Source: an uncultured bacterium (lineage in GTDB: Bacteria; Bacillota_I; Bacilli_A; RFN20; CAG-826). Taken from it: 64,000 nt of DNA. Positions 36,956 through 46,788 of the stretch are shown here, piece after piece. The stretch's first letter is position 1. Each line of letters opens with the position of its first letter. Location of the stretch: positions 83,064-147,063 of the forward strand of contig CASDWE010000002.1 in the NCBI GenBank assembly GCA_949284685.1. Reading direction: 5' to 3'. The translations under genes were made by a program, and so were the position numbers. The notes below the pieces were generated by a model. It worked only from the letters and a program-made list of their open reading frames with translations, was not told where the DNA came from and ran no database searches.

Positions 36956-38053
36956 TTACATACTTGGGATTGCAGGAGTGGATGCGCCTAGTAAATATGA
37001 CAAATCATAATATTTATCTAAATCATTTGGAAATTCCACAACTACATTGCCATATTCATAGGCTTGAGAAGATTTGCTTACAATTGAAAAATTAATTTTA
37101 TCTGTCATAGATGGATCAAATTGTGAATAATCAATATCAAAATACATTTTCAAATCCAAATCAGAATTAGTTAAGTAACCATTTTCATCAATAATAAATT
37201 TAAGTTCAGCAACATCTACATTAAGAAGACTTGTTAAAGCCATTTTAATTTCTTCTATTTCTTCTTCAGTAAGAATAGTTCCGCTTAATTGATTAATTAA
37301 TTCAATAATTAAATTACTTATAGAATCAACATCAAAATTAACTTTAAATAAGTATGATGAACCATCACTATAAACATTAATAATATTTTGGATAGAAGGC
37401 ACTTCATTTATTAAAGCAATTATTTCTGAAATGATTTGTTCGACAGGAATAACTGATATTGTGGTAACAGGTATATCAACATTTGTTGATAACATCTCAC
37501 AAGGAAGATAAAATTTCCCATCAGTTGAATCAAATAGCGATTCAAAAATTAAAGAGATAGTTTCATCACCATATAATTCGGATAGCATATCAATAAAAGA
37601 TTTTTGAACATCTTCATTAGATAAATCAAAATATAAATTACTATCCTTTATATATGTCTCCATGCTAGTGAATCCACCCGAAAAATCAATTTCCTCATTC
37701 ATCTTAAAATGCATACTAAAATCTGATATTTTTGAATGAATATTGCCAGATAAATCATCCTTAAGATCGCATTCATTTAAAACGCTGCCTTTACTGCTCA
37801 TATCAATGGTCATTGTGTTTGTAACATCTCCCGCAGACAAAGAAAATTCATCATTCACCACAGAAAGTGAACGATAATTTTTAACATTTAAAAGAACGTC
37901 AGATGTTGTTTCAAGATATGCTAAGCCTTCTTCTAAATCGATTTTTTGATTAAATTTATCATAATCAACATCGACATTTAAATTTGACGTATTGCAAGAA
38001 CTTAACGACATTACTAAAGGTAAAAATGCAAGAAAATACAAAATCTTTTTCAT
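36956..38053 (-). CDS. Lipoprotein of unknown function
   Basis: The product begins MKKILYFLAFLPLVMSLSSC (lipobox) and continues as an acidic Asp/Ser/Asn-rich body. I prefer the start at 38053. Confidence 0.7.
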   Translation of the reverse strand: MKKILYFLAFLPLVMSLSSCNTSNLNVDVDYDKFNQKIDLEEGLAYLETTSDVLLNVKNYRSLSVVNDEFSLSAGDVTNTMTIDMSSKGSVLNECDLKDDLSGNIHSKISDFSMHFKMNEEIDFSGGFTSMETYIKDSNLYFDLSNEDVQKSFIDMLSELYGDETISLIFESLFDSTDGKFYLPCEMLSTNVDIPVTTISVIPVEQIISEIIALINEVPSIQNIINVYSDGSSYLFKVNFDVDSISNLIIELINQLSGTILTEEEIEEIKMALTSLLNVDVAELKFIIDENGYLTNSDLDLKMYFDIDYSQFDPSMTDKINFSIVSKSSQAYEYGNVVVEFPNDLDKYYDLSYLLGASTPAIPSM

Positions 38054-38123
38054 AATAAAATCTCCTTTTAACAATTTTAAATTATAATATTTTCAAATAA
38101 TATTGTCAATTATGCACAGCATC

Positions 38124-39605
38124 TCACGTCTGTATGTATGGCATGATCGCACTTAAGGCAAAAGATATCAAAAATACAACAGAAATTATGATAAGAGTTA
38201 GGTTGAGTTCTTTTTTTCTTCCTGCAAATAAAAGCATTATAACATAACTTATTAAACCTATTCCTATACCTGAAGCAATTGAATAAGTCAAAAGGGTAAA
38301 TATCACAGTAATAAAACCTGCAAAAATTAAAATCTGATCTTTAAAATCAAGTGATTTAAAGTTGTTAACAAAAATTAATGTTCCAACACAAATTAATGCT
38401 GGAGCACTGACACAACCAGCGGTGAAAATAGAAAATACTGGATAGATAAAAGCACTCAATACAAATACTAATCCTGCTACAACAGCACTTAAGCCAGTTT
38501 TTGCTCCCATTTCTACCCCAATATTAGATTCAGCAAAAGATGTAACTGTACTAGTTCCTAATGGTGCACATATCAAAGCACCTGCTGCATCCGCTAATAC
38601 TGCTTTTTGATAATTTTGCATTTGCCCATGTTCGTCGATAATGCCTATATTTCTTCCAACCGCTAATAAAGTTGCGGTGGTATCAAATAAATTAACAAAT
38701 ATTAAGGAAAAAATAGCAATATAAGACACAGGATTGGCTAATACTGTAACTATATCATTTCCAAATTCAGCGGCTCCATATCCATCGCCATTAAAAACAC
38801 TATAAAATACAACATCTTCTACACCGCTCAAACCAAAAGATAAACTGCTATCTAACCAAGGCACAATTGGAAGAGTAACATTTTCTCCTTGTAAATAACC
38901 TTGATATTGCCATTGACCTTCAAGAAAAGTTAGACCGTTTGTATAAGATAAGGATATAGAAACAATCAGCCCAAGAATAGCGGCAAAAATTACAGCGATT
39001 GGAATTGCTAAAGATGAAAGCATTTTTTTCTTTGAAAACATTAAACCAAAGCAAATAAAAGCACAAATAATAGCAATAATTGTTCCTGGATTAGCAAAAT
39101 TACCAATTCCTACAAAAGTAGATTCATTTGAAATAATAATTCCTGAATTTTTCAATCCGACAAAACAAATAAAAGCACCTAGTGCTGCACTAATAACATA
39201 TTTCAATCCATTAGGAATAGCGTTAATTATCCATTTTCTTACAGGTGTAAGAGAAAAACCAAAGAAAATTATTCCGCTGATAGTTAAAAGTATCATTGTT
39301 TGTTGCCATGTAAATCCGCTTCCCAAACACACTGTGTAAGCTAAATATGCATTAAGTCCCATCCCTGCTGATAAAACGACAGGATAATTAGCAACAAAAC
39401 CCATAACGAATGTCACAGCTGCACTAACTAATGCAGTCATTGCAAAAACACCAGCACTATTCATTCCCATGTCACTTAAAATAGAAGCGTTCAATGGCAA
39501 AACGTAGCACATAGAAACAAAGACAATTAGACCACCAATTATCTCATTTTTTAATGTTGATCCTTTTGCCTTAATTTTAAATATTTTTTCTAAAACATTA
39601 GACAT
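38124..39605 (-). CDS. NCS2-family purine permease (AzgA/PbuG-like, adenine/guanine/hypoxanthine)
   Basis: The N-terminus FKIKAKGSTLKNEIIGGL..F..M.Y.L..N..IL, the later FAESNIGV..GAKTGL motif and a roughly 13-TM profile fit this family. The protein is about 50-60 aa longer than typical members. Confidence 0.8.
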   Translation of the reverse strand: MSNVLEKIFKIKAKGSTLKNEIIGGLIVFVSMCYVLPLNASILSDMGMNSAGVFAMTALVSAAVTFVMGFVANYPVVLSAGMGLNAYLAYTVCLGSGFTWQQTMILLTISGIIFFGFSLTPVRKWIINAIPNGLKYVISAALGAFICFVGLKNSGIIISNESTFVGIGNFANPGTIIAIICAFICFGLMFSKKKMLSSLAIPIAVIFAAILGLIVSISLSYTNGLTFLEGQWQYQGYLQGENVTLPIVPWLDSSLSFGLSGVEDVVFYSVFNGDGYGAAEFGNDIVTVLANPVSYIAIFSLIFVNLFDTTATLLAVGRNIGIIDEHGQMQNYQKAVLADAAGALICAPLGTSTVTSFAESNIGVEMGAKTGLSAVVAGLVFVLSAFIYPVFSIFTAGCVSAPALICVGTLIFVNNFKSLDFKDQILIFAGFITVIFTLLTYSIASGIGIGLISYVIMLLFAGRKKELNLTLIIISVVFLISFALSAIMPYIQT

Positions 39606-39695
39606 CTTATTTATATTTTAACAAACAATTAATCAATTAATAAAGAGGTAAAAATAAAGAACAATATTTTCTTACATGATGTCAAGTATTAATGC

Positions 39696-39724
39696 TTGAC
39701 ACCTATTTTAAATATAAATATAAT
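39696..39724 (+). promoter_or_regulatory. Consensus sigma-70/SigA-type promoter for the rpsP block
   Basis: TTGACA (39696-39701), an exact 17-nt spacer and TATAAT (39719-39724) lie about 26 nt upstream of the rpsP ATG region, which has an AAAGGAGAA SD. The -35 box is part of the inverted repeat TGTCAAG-n8-CTTGACA. Confidence 0.65.
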
Positions 39725-39750
39725 AATTGCGTAAAAAAGGAGAAAAGAAA

Positions 39751-40026
39751 ATGGCAGTAAAATTAAGATTAACTAGAATTGGACGACACGAAGATCCGTT
39801 TTATCGTATTGTCGCAGCAGATTCACGTTTTGCAAGAGATGGTAGAATAATCGAACAAATTGGTTATTTTGATCCAGATAAAGGTGTGGAAAATGCCGTT
39901 ATTGATGAAGAAAAAGCTATGAAATGGCTCAATAATGGTGCGGTTTTAAGTGATACAGTTAGATCTATATTAAGCAAAAAGGGCCTTTTGACCAAACATG
40001 CTGATTCAAAAAAGAAGGCTAAATAG
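39751..40026 (+). CDS. rpsP: 30S ribosomal protein S16
   Basis: The product begins MAVKLRLTRIGRHEDPFYRIVAADSR..RDGR.IE.IGYFDP. I prefer the ATG at 39751, which has an SD. Confidence 0.95.
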   Translation: MAVKLRLTRIGRHEDPFYRIVAADSRFARDGRIIEQIGYFDPDKGVENAVIDEEKAMKWLNNGAVLSDTVRSILSKKGLLTKHADSKKKAK

Positions 40027-40028
40027 TG

Positions 40029-40298
40029 ATGGATTATCAAGCAACTTTGCATGCGATTATTGATCCACTTGTTGATAATAAAGAGTCTATTTTAATTCGA
40101 GAACTCCCAAATCAAAATGATAAAGACATCACTATCTTAATCGCAGCTGAAAAACATGATATTTCAAGATTAATTGGCAAAAGAGGTCTTATCGCTAATG
40201 CAATAAGAGAATTAATTTCTGTATCTGCAAAAAAACAAAGTCAACATATTCACATTCGTTTTGAATCATACGATGAAGGAGAAGAAAAAGAGGAATAG
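40029..40298 (+). CDS. KH-domain RNA-binding protein (YlqC / UPF0109 family)
   Basis: The GKRGLIANAIRELI motif (KH GxxG) is present. The size (89 aa) and position between rpsP and rimM fit the family. Confidence 0.8.
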   Translation: MDYQATLHAIIDPLVDNKESILIRELPNQNDKDITILIAAEKHDISRLIGKRGLIANAIRELISVSAKKQSQHIHIRFESYDEGEEKEE

Positions 40299-40313
40299 CC
40301 TCTTTTTTACTAT

Positions 40314-40826
40314 ATGGATTATTTAAATTTAGGAACAATTATTAAAACGCATGGTATTTGTGGTGAACTAGTCATCAAATCAAATACATATTTTGCTAAC
40401 AAACGATACAAAAAAGGAAATAAAATAATTTTAATTAATCCAAATAGTAAAGAAGAGTTAATACTAACTGTGTCTGATTATCATTCATATAAAGGCAATG
40501 ATTATGTAACTTTTAAAGAAATTAATACTTTTGAATATGCAAAAGAACTAATCGGATATACAGTTAATATTTTAAAATCAGAAGCTGACTTGCCTAAAAA
40601 CTATTATCTATTTTCTGATTTAATGGATTGTTTAATTATTGATCAAAATAATAATATTGTAGGTAAAGTAGTTAAAGTTGAAGAGTTCCCTGCTCAAATA
40701 ACATTACGATGCAAAACAAAGGATAATAAAAATTTCTTTGTTCCTTTTATTGATAAAGTTTTTATTAATAGTGTTGACATTGAAAATAAGCAAATTCATA
40801 TAAATTTTATGAAAGGGATGTTATGA
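40314..40826 (+). CDS. rimM: 16S rRNA processing protein RimM
   Basis: The N-terminus LGTIIKTHGI.GEL.IKS is followed by a C-terminal PRC-barrel-like region. The position before trmD is conserved. Confidence 0.85.
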   Translation: MDYLNLGTIIKTHGICGELVIKSNTYFANKRYKKGNKIILINPNSKEELILTVSDYHSYKGNDYVTFKEINTFEYAKELIGYTVNILKSEADLPKNYYLFSDLMDCLIIDQNNNIVGKVVKVEEFPAQITLRCKTKDNKNFFVPFIDKVFINSVDIENKQIHINFMKGML

Positions 40827-41608
40827 AAAAAATTGTTATATTAACTTTATTTAAAGACATGTTTGATGGATTTTTAAATAATTCTATTATTAAAAGAGCA
40901 ATCTTAAAAGGCATCGTTGAATTAACAATAATTGATATACGTAATTATACAAAAGATAAATATAATCGTGTTGATACACCTCCAGTAGGAGGCGGTGCTG
41001 GCCTTATTATGAAATGTCAACCTATATATGACACTATTAAAGAAAATAAAACTTCTAATATGGATATTGTTTTATTATCACCACGCGGTAAAACATATAA
41101 TCAAAATATGGCGTGTGACTTTTCAAAATCAAACAAAGATTTGATGATTATATGTGGACATTATGAAGGAATAGATGAAAGAATAAATAAATACGTCGAT
41201 TATTTAATTAACATAGGCGATTATATTTTAACTGGTGGAGAAATTGCTTCTATGGCAATTGCAGATTCTATTATACGTCTATTAGATGGTGCAATTAGTC
41301 AAGAATCAATTAAAGAAGAAAGTTTTAATAACAATTTATTGGAATATCCACAATATACCGAACCATACGATTTTTTAAATGATAAAGTCCCTGACATTTT
41401 ATATTGCGGAGATCATAAAGCAATAGATAAATTTCATAGAAAAGAATCATTAAGATTAACAAGAAAATATCGACCAGATCTTTTTGAAAAAGTTCATCTA
41501 ACAAACGAAGATAAAAAGTTACTAAAAGAAATTGATGAGGGTGAAAATAACCCATCATGGTATAAAAAAGCCCTGCAAAAAGGGCATAAATTTATAAAAA
41601 ACAAATAA
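40823..41608 (+). CDS. trmD: tRNA (guanine37-N1)-methyltransferase
   Basis: Motifs are LTLF.DMF, D.R.YT.DK...VD..P.GGGAG..M, LSPRG, CGHYEG.DER, IGDY.LTGGE..S and YT.P. The C-terminal tail is about 15 aa longer than in model TrmDs. Confidence 0.93.
   Translation: MKKIVILTLFKDMFDGFLNNSIIKRAILKGIVELTIIDIRNYTKDKYNRVDTPPVGGGAGLIMKCQPIYDTIKENKTSNMDIVLLSPRGKTYNQNMACDFSKSNKDLMIICGHYEGIDERINKYVDYLINIGDYILTGGEIASMAIADSIIRLLDGAISQESIKEESFNNNLLEYPQYTEPYDFLNDKVPDILYCGDHKAIDKFHRKESLRLTRKYRPDLFEKVHLTNEDKKLLKEIDEGENNPSWYKKALQKGHKFIKNK
41564..41585 (-). terminator. Candidate ffh terminator embedded in the trmD 3' coding region
   Basis: About 25 nt after the ffh stop, the minus strand reads GCCCT-ttttgc-AGGGC followed by TTTTTT. 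The stem has 5 bp, 4 of them G:C. Confidence 0.45.
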
Positions 41609-42943
41609 TTACATGTTAAATCCTGGAGGAAGTCTTCCGGATTTTTTATATTGACTCATTTGCTTCATCATTTGTTTAGATTGCTCAAATTTTTTTAATA
41701 CTTTGTTAATATCGCTTACAGGCTTTCCGCATCCTTTTGAAATTCTTAATTTTTGTGAATTTTTAATTATTTCTGGATGCTTTTTTTCATAAGGTGTCAT
41801 TGAATTTAAAATTATTTCAAAATTTCGCATTTCTTTTTCTGCAAGTTCTTGTTGTTCTTTGCTTATTTTTGGCATTCCAGGAATCATTTTTAAAATAGAG
41901 CTTATCGAGCCAAGACGATTAACTTGTTTTAATTGCTTAAGCATGTCATTTAAATCAAAATCGCCATCCATCATTTTATTGAAGGATTTTTTCATTTCTT
42001 TTTCATCTAAATTTTCTTTTGCTTTTTCAACAAGAGTTAAAACATCGCCCATTCCAAGAATACGATCTGCCATTCGATCTGGATGGAAAAGTTCTAAATC
42101 AGATATTTTTTCACCGACACCAATAAATTTAATAGCAAGACCGGTCAAATGACGAATTGATAAAGCTGCACCACCACGAGCATCTCCATCTAACTTAGAC
42201 ATAATAATACCTGTTAGTTTTACTTGCTGATGGAAAGAATTTGCAACATTGACAGCATCTTGCCCTGCCATTGCATCCACTAATAAAAGTGTTTCATCAG
42301 GTTTTGCAATAGCACTAACATCATTTAGTTCTTGCATTAAAACAGAATCAATTTGTAACCGCCCGGCAGTATCGATAATGACAATATCAAATAATTCTTT
42401 GCGAGCTTTGATTAACGCTTGTTCGATTATATATGTGGGCTTATTATTGGTGCCCATTTCAAATACTTCAACATCAATTTTATTACCGATCTGCTTTAAT
42501 TGTTCAATGGCGGCTGGTCGATAAACGTCTAATGCAACAAGCATTACTTTTTTATGATTTTTATTTTTAAACAAATACGCTAATTTACCCGCAGTAGTGG
42601 TCTTACCAGAACCTTGTAAGCCGACAAGCATTATGCATGACATTGCGTTATTTTTTAAATGTAAATTGCAATCATCACTACCTAATAAATTAGTTAATTC
42701 TTCATGAACAATTTTAACAACGGTTTGACTAGGATTTAATTTTTTTAATACTTCTTGACCGACTGCTTTTTCTTTAACATTATTTATAAATTCCTTAACA
42801 ACTTTAAAATTAACATCAGCTTCTAAAAGAGCAATTCTTACTTGTCGAAGCATCTCATCCATATTGGCTTCAGTAAGATGCGTTTCATTTCGCATTTTTT
42901 TAAAAATATTTGTTAATTTTTCACTCAGATTTTCAAATGCCAT
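41609..42943 (-). CDS. ffh: Signal recognition particle protein Ffh
   Basis: The product begins MAFENLSEKLTNIFKK. It has GLQGSGKTTT, DTAGR and the Met-rich M domain. I prefer the start at 42943. The stop codon is directly adjacent to the trmD stop with a 0-nt gap. Confidence 0.95.
   Translation of the reverse strand: MAFENLSEKLTNIFKKMRNETHLTEANMDEMLRQVRIALLEADVNFKVVKEFINNVKEKAVGQEVLKKLNPSQTVVKIVHEELTNLLGSDDCNLHLKNNAMSCIMLVGLQGSGKTTTAGKLAYLFKNKNHKKVMLVALDVYRPAAIEQLKQIGNKIDVEVFEMGTNNKPTYIIEQALIKARKELFDIVIIDTAGRLQIDSVLMQELNDVSAIAKPDETLLLVDAMAGQDAVNVANSFHQQVKLTGIIMSKLDGDARGGAALSIRHLTGLAIKFIGVGEKISDLELFHPDRMADRILGMGDVLTLVEKAKENLDEKEMKKSFNKMMDGDFDLNDMLKQLKQVNRLGSISSILKMIPGMPKISKEQQELAEKEMRNFEIILNSMTPYEKKHPEIIKNSQKLRISKGCGKPVSDINKVLKKFEQSKQMMKQMSQYKKSGRLPPGFNM
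41621..41647 (+). terminator. Candidate trmD terminator embedded in the ffh 3' coding region
   Basis: The plus strand reads TCC(tgga)GGAA-gtc-TTCC-GGA followed by TTTTTT. This is 7 bp with a 4-nt bulge and starts 13 nt after the trmD stop. Confidence 0.45.
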
Positions 42944-43262
42944 TTTTGTTATACTCCTGATTAAACTTATCAATTATTTTTTTATTTTTCTCATCAAAAG
43001 AAAGTTCTTTAATTAATTTATCAACCGCTTCTTTTTTTGCAAAACACATCATTTTATTTTCGTATGATTGTAATGTTTTAACTCCTTTTTTTAAAGCGTC
43101 GTTAACAGCACTTCTAGAAATATCTTTTTCATTAGCTATTTCACTTATTGATAAATTATAACGAAAATATAGTGATAATATTTCTTTTTGTCCACGTGAA
43201 AGTAATTCTCCATAAATATCCAACAATTGATTTATATATATAACATCATCCAAATTATTCAT
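42933..43262 (-). CDS. ylxM: UPF0122 / YlxM helix-turn-helix protein (sigma-70 region-4-like)
   Basis: The 109-aa ORF carries L.DIYGELL...Q.EI..LYF..NLS..EIA....ISR.AV.DA.K. The position between ftsY and ffh is conserved. Confidence 0.85.
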   Translation of the reverse strand: MNNLDDVIYINQLLDIYGELLSRGQKEILSLYFRYNLSISEIANEKDISRSAVNDALKKGVKTLQSYENKMMCFAKKEAVDKLIKELSFDEKNKKIIDKFNQEYNKNGI

Positions 43263-44232
43263 CTTCTATACAAAGTCCATATAAATACGAATCTAAATCA
43301 AATTCCTGCAAATCTGACATTTTTTCTCCTAAACCAATAAATCTTACTGGAATTGATAATTCATTTCTTATTGCAAGAATAATTCCACCTTTGCTTGTAC
43401 CATCCATCTTTGTTACAACAATACCGCTGATGGGGGTAACATCTTTAAATGCTGCGGCTTGAATGACACCATTTTGCCCTGTTGTGGCATCTATTATTAA
43501 AAATGTTTCATGTGGTGCACCAGGTATTTCCTTTTCCAACACTCTTTTAATTTTAGCAAGTTCCGCCATTAAATTAGCTTTAGTTTGCAAACGTCCAGCA
43601 GTATCAACAATTAGTAAATCAATATTATCTTTAATGGCTTTATTTGCACCATCATACGCAACACTAGCAGGATCAGCGTTATCTTTTCCAACAACAATAG
43701 GAATATTTAATCTTTCTGCCCATTTTTCCAATTGCTCTTTTGCCCCAGCTCTAAATGTATCACAAGCTGCTAACATTACTTTTTTGTTCATATTTAAATA
43801 ACGATAGGCAAGCTTTGCAATTGTGGTTGTTTTCCCAACGCCATTAACACCCACTACTAATAAAACAGTTGGACCATTTTCTTGGAAAGAAACATCACTA
43901 ATAATATCACCTTTACTAGCGTAATCTAAAAACATTTTATCGACAAGTATCTCGTTGATTTGTTTTGGATCGGTGATTTTATCTTTTTTAGCTTGATTTA
44001 ATACTTCATCAATTATTTGTAAAGTGAAATTAACACCAACATCTGCCTCAATTAAAATTTCTTCAAGTTGTTCAAAATATTCTTCATTGACCTTACTATA
44101 AGAACTAGAAAGTTTATTTAATTTACTTGCAAAATTTTTTCGTGATTTAGTTAAACCTTTTTGATAAGTTTCAACCTTATCATCTTTTTTTGTTTTAGAA
44201 AATTTTTCTTTTAAAAATTTAAATAATCCCAT
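43255..44232 (-). CDS. ftsY: Signal recognition particle receptor FtsY
   Basis: The NG domain motifs are VVGVNGVGKTTTIAKLA, DTAGRL and TKMDGT.KGG. Confidence 0.95.
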   Translation of the reverse strand: MGLFKFLKEKFSKTKKDDKVETYQKGLTKSRKNFASKLNKLSSSYSKVNEEYFEQLEEILIEADVGVNFTLQIIDEVLNQAKKDKITDPKQINEILVDKMFLDYASKGDIISDVSFQENGPTVLLVVGVNGVGKTTTIAKLAYRYLNMNKKVMLAACDTFRAGAKEQLEKWAERLNIPIVVGKDNADPASVAYDGANKAIKDNIDLLIVDTAGRLQTKANLMAELAKIKRVLEKEIPGAPHETFLIIDATTGQNGVIQAAAFKDVTPISGIVVTKMDGTSKGGIILAIRNELSIPVRFIGLGEKMSDLQEFDLDSYLYGLCIEDE

Positions 44233-44235
44233 ATT

Positions 44236-44919
44236 TTACATCGCTTTCTTTTTTAAGGCGTTTCTTGCTGCATCTTGTTCGCTTGCTTTTTTTGTTTTGC
44301 CGCTTCCTTTTGCTAATGGTTCCCCATTAAAATAAACCATGCTTTCAAATTTTTTATCATGAGCAGGTCCTTCTTCTTTTATAAGACGATAAGTAACACT
44401 GTCACGATATTCTGATTGCATTTCTTCTTGTAATCTAGTCTTATAATCGGTTAATTCATCCAATTCAATAAATTTAATGTCATTATAAAAAATCCACTTA
44501 ATGTACGAATACACTTTTTTAAATCCTTGGTCTAAATAGATTGCACCAATCAATGCTTCGAAAACATCTTCAAGTATTTTATTAGATGAAGCGACTGTAT
44601 CAGGATTAATAGAATGACCAATTATAACGTAATCATATAATTCAATCTTTCTAGCATATCCTGCTAATGATTTTGATTGAACAAGATGACTTCTTAATTT
44701 AGACATCAATCCTTGATCCATATCAGGATGTAAAGTAAAAATCAAATCAGCCACAACAAATCCAAGTACAGCATCTCCCATATACTCTAACCGCTCATAG
44801 TCATGATGCTTTGTTTTTGCATCAGCGTTAAAAGAAGAATGAGTTAATGCAAGTTCATATAATTCGATATTTTTTGGTTTGATTTGGATTCTAGATAATA
44901 GTTGATGAATATCTTTCAT
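44236..44919 (-). CDS. rnc: Ribonuclease III
   Basis: The signature is ERLEYMGDAVLG together with EALIGAIYLD. A C-terminal dsRBD is present (GPAHDK.F.......G......G.G.TKK.AEQ.AA..AL). Confidence 0.95.
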   Translation of the reverse strand: MKDIHQLLSRIQIKPKNIELYELALTHSSFNADAKTKHHDYERLEYMGDAVLGFVVADLIFTLHPDMDQGLMSKLRSHLVQSKSLAGYARKIELYDYVIIGHSINPDTVASSNKILEDVFEALIGAIYLDQGFKKVYSYIKWIFYNDIKFIELDELTDYKTRLQEEMQSEYRDSVTYRLIKEEGPAHDKKFESMVYFNGEPLAKGSGKTKKASEQDAARNALKKKAM

Positions 44920-44924
44920 ATTAT

Positions 44925-45902
44925 TTATTCAATACCTTGTCTGATTTGATTAACAACATCATTTTTAATCATTTTATATAAAACATTTAAAGCACTTTTA
45001 AAGCTTACTTCATCAGAGTTACCATGAGCTTTCACTACTACACCATTAACACCTAGAAGAAGTGCTCCACCAACTGCTTTATAATCCATTGATGATTTTA
45101 GATTTTCTATTCCTTTTTTAGCAAATAAATAACCTATTTTTGTTTTTAAATTCATGGTAAAGCTCTCTTTTAAAAGTTTTGATAAATATTTTGCTGTTCC
45201 TTCAATACTTTTTAAGAAAATATTGCCAGAGAAACCATCCGCGACAACAACATCAACATTTTTATCTAAAATAGCTTCTCTTGCTTCAATATTTCCAATG
45301 AAATTTATTTTTTTATTTTCTTTTAATAATTTATTCGTTTCTTTTATTAATTGAGTGCCTTTTTCATCTTCACTACCATTACTTAAAAGATAAACACGAG
45401 GATTAGAAATATTACATACAACTTTTGAATATAAACTTCCCATAAGAGCAAATTGATTTAACTCTTCGCTTGAATTTTCAATATTTGCACCACAATCTAA
45501 TAGAGTCATAAATTTACCTTTTTCTTGTAATGGCATAGCAGTTACTAACGCTGCTCTTTTAACCCCTTTGATCATTTTTAAAGTAATAGTGGCACTTGCT
45601 AGAAAGCCACCGGTAGATCCAGCCGAAACAACACCATCAGCTTTTCCTTCTTTAACTAAATTAATAGCTTTTAGCATCGATGAATCTTTCATTCTTAAAA
45701 CATCTAATGCTCCTGCTGTCATTGGAACTACTTGACTAGCATCTATCACTTCACAAACTCCATCTAAAGAAGCAAGTTCTTCTTTTTTTCCAACCGCTAT
45801 TATTTTTACATCATTATGTTGTTTTAAAAATGATTTAATCGCTTCACAAATTGGTTGACTACCATTATCAGAACCCATTGTATCAACAGCAATAGTTAAC
45901 AT
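44925..45902 (-). CDS. plsX: Phosphate acyltransferase PlsX
   Basis: The product begins MLTIAVDTMGSDNG and carries SAGSTGG, DCGAN and GVVVKAHG.S. I prefer the start at 45902. The track's upstream 20 codons cover the predicted promoter. Confidence 0.93.
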   Translation of the reverse strand: MLTIAVDTMGSDNGSQPICEAIKSFLKQHNDVKIIAVGKKEELASLDGVCEVIDASQVVPMTAGALDVLRMKDSSMLKAINLVKEGKADGVVSAGSTGGFLASATITLKMIKGVKRAALVTAMPLQEKGKFMTLLDCGANIENSSEELNQFALMGSLYSKVVCNISNPRVYLLSNGSEDEKGTQLIKETNKLLKENKKINFIGNIEAREAILDKNVDVVVADGFSGNIFLKSIEGTAKYLSKLLKESFTMNLKTKIGYLFAKKGIENLKSSMDYKAVGGALLLGVNGVVVKAHGNSDEVSFKSALNVLYKMIKNDVVNQIRQGIE

Positions 45903-45926
45903 AGTTAAACACCTCTTTTCATTAAC

Positions 45927-45954
45927 ATTATACACACTTTGCAAAGTTTGACAA
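45927..45954 (-). promoter_or_regulatory. Candidate plsX promoter with an extended -10
   Basis: The minus strand reads TTGTCA (45949-45954), a 16-nt spacer ending in TG-T, then TATAAT (45927-45932). It lies 25 nt upstream of the plsX ATG region, which has an AAGAGGTG SD. Confidence 0.5.
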
Positions 45955-46073
45955 ATTAACAAATAACTACAAAAGTGGACAAAATACGTTTTGTTGTCGA
46001 TTTTATGATATTTTTTATATATTTTTTTAGTTATTTTACTAAAATAATTCTATTAGGTAAGTAGGTGAATAAA

Positions 46074-46787
46074 ATGGAAGAAAGAGTCCCGATTGTAGAA
46101 TTCAAAAATGTTAACAAAATATATGAATTAGGTGGCACTACTATCAAAGCCTCTAATAACTTGAACTTCAAAGTTTATAAAAATGAGTTTTGTGTAATTG
46201 TTGGGCCATCTGGAAGTGGAAAAACAACAATTTTAAATTTGCTTGGCGGAATGGATAATGTCACAAATGGATCTATTATTGTTGATAAAGAAGACATTTC
46301 TACTTTTAACGATAAAAAACTTACTTACTATCGTCGTGATAGTGTTGGATTTGTCTTTCAATTTTATAATTTAATGCCTAATTTAACAGCATTAGATAAC
46401 GTTGAAATTGCTGCAGAAATTTGTAAAGATCATTTAGATTGTCAAAAAGTATTAAGCGATGTTGGTTTAAAAGATAGAATGAATAATTTTCCTAGTCAAT
46501 TATCAGGAGGAGAACAACAAAGAGTTTCTATTGCAAGAGCAATTGCAAAAAACCCTAAATTATTATTGTGTGATGAACCAACTGGTGCACTTGATTATCA
46601 AACTGGAAAAATGATATTGCAGTTACTATTTGATATATGCAAACAAAATAACAAAACTGTAATTATTATTACCCATAATTCAGCTTTAACCGCGATGGCG
46701 GATCACGTTATTCATTTAAAAAATGGCGAGGTTATTGAAGAAGAATTCAATGATAAGCCTACCCCTATTAGTGAGATTGATTGGTAA
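46074..46787 (+). CDS. ABC transporter ATP-binding protein (MacB/LolD-like)
   Basis: Walker A is GPSGSGKTT, the signature is [14 protein letters not shown] and Walker B is [18 protein letters not shown] lies 5 nt before the ATG at 46074. Confidence 0.9.
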   Translation: MEERVPIVEFKNVNKIYELGGTTIKASNNLNFKVYKNEFCVIVGPSGSGKTTILNLLGGMDNVTNGSIIVDKEDISTFNDKKLTYYRRDSVGFVFQFYNLMPNLTALDNVEIAAEICKDHLDCQKVLSDVGLKDRMNNFPSQLSGGEQQRVSIARAIAKNPKLLLCDEPTGALDYQTGKMILQLLFDICKQNNKTVIIITHNSALTAMADHVIHLKNGEVIEEEFNDKPTPISEIDW

Positions 46788-46788
46788 G

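Noticed and set aside
39606-39695. Possible purine riboswitch upstream of the NCS2 purine permease
   Set aside because: The 5' region is only about 90 nt and almost entirely A/T, and it lacks the conserved purine-riboswitch junction sequences. Only the TGTCAAG-n8-CTTGACA inverted repeat is notable, and it is reported with the rpsP promoter.
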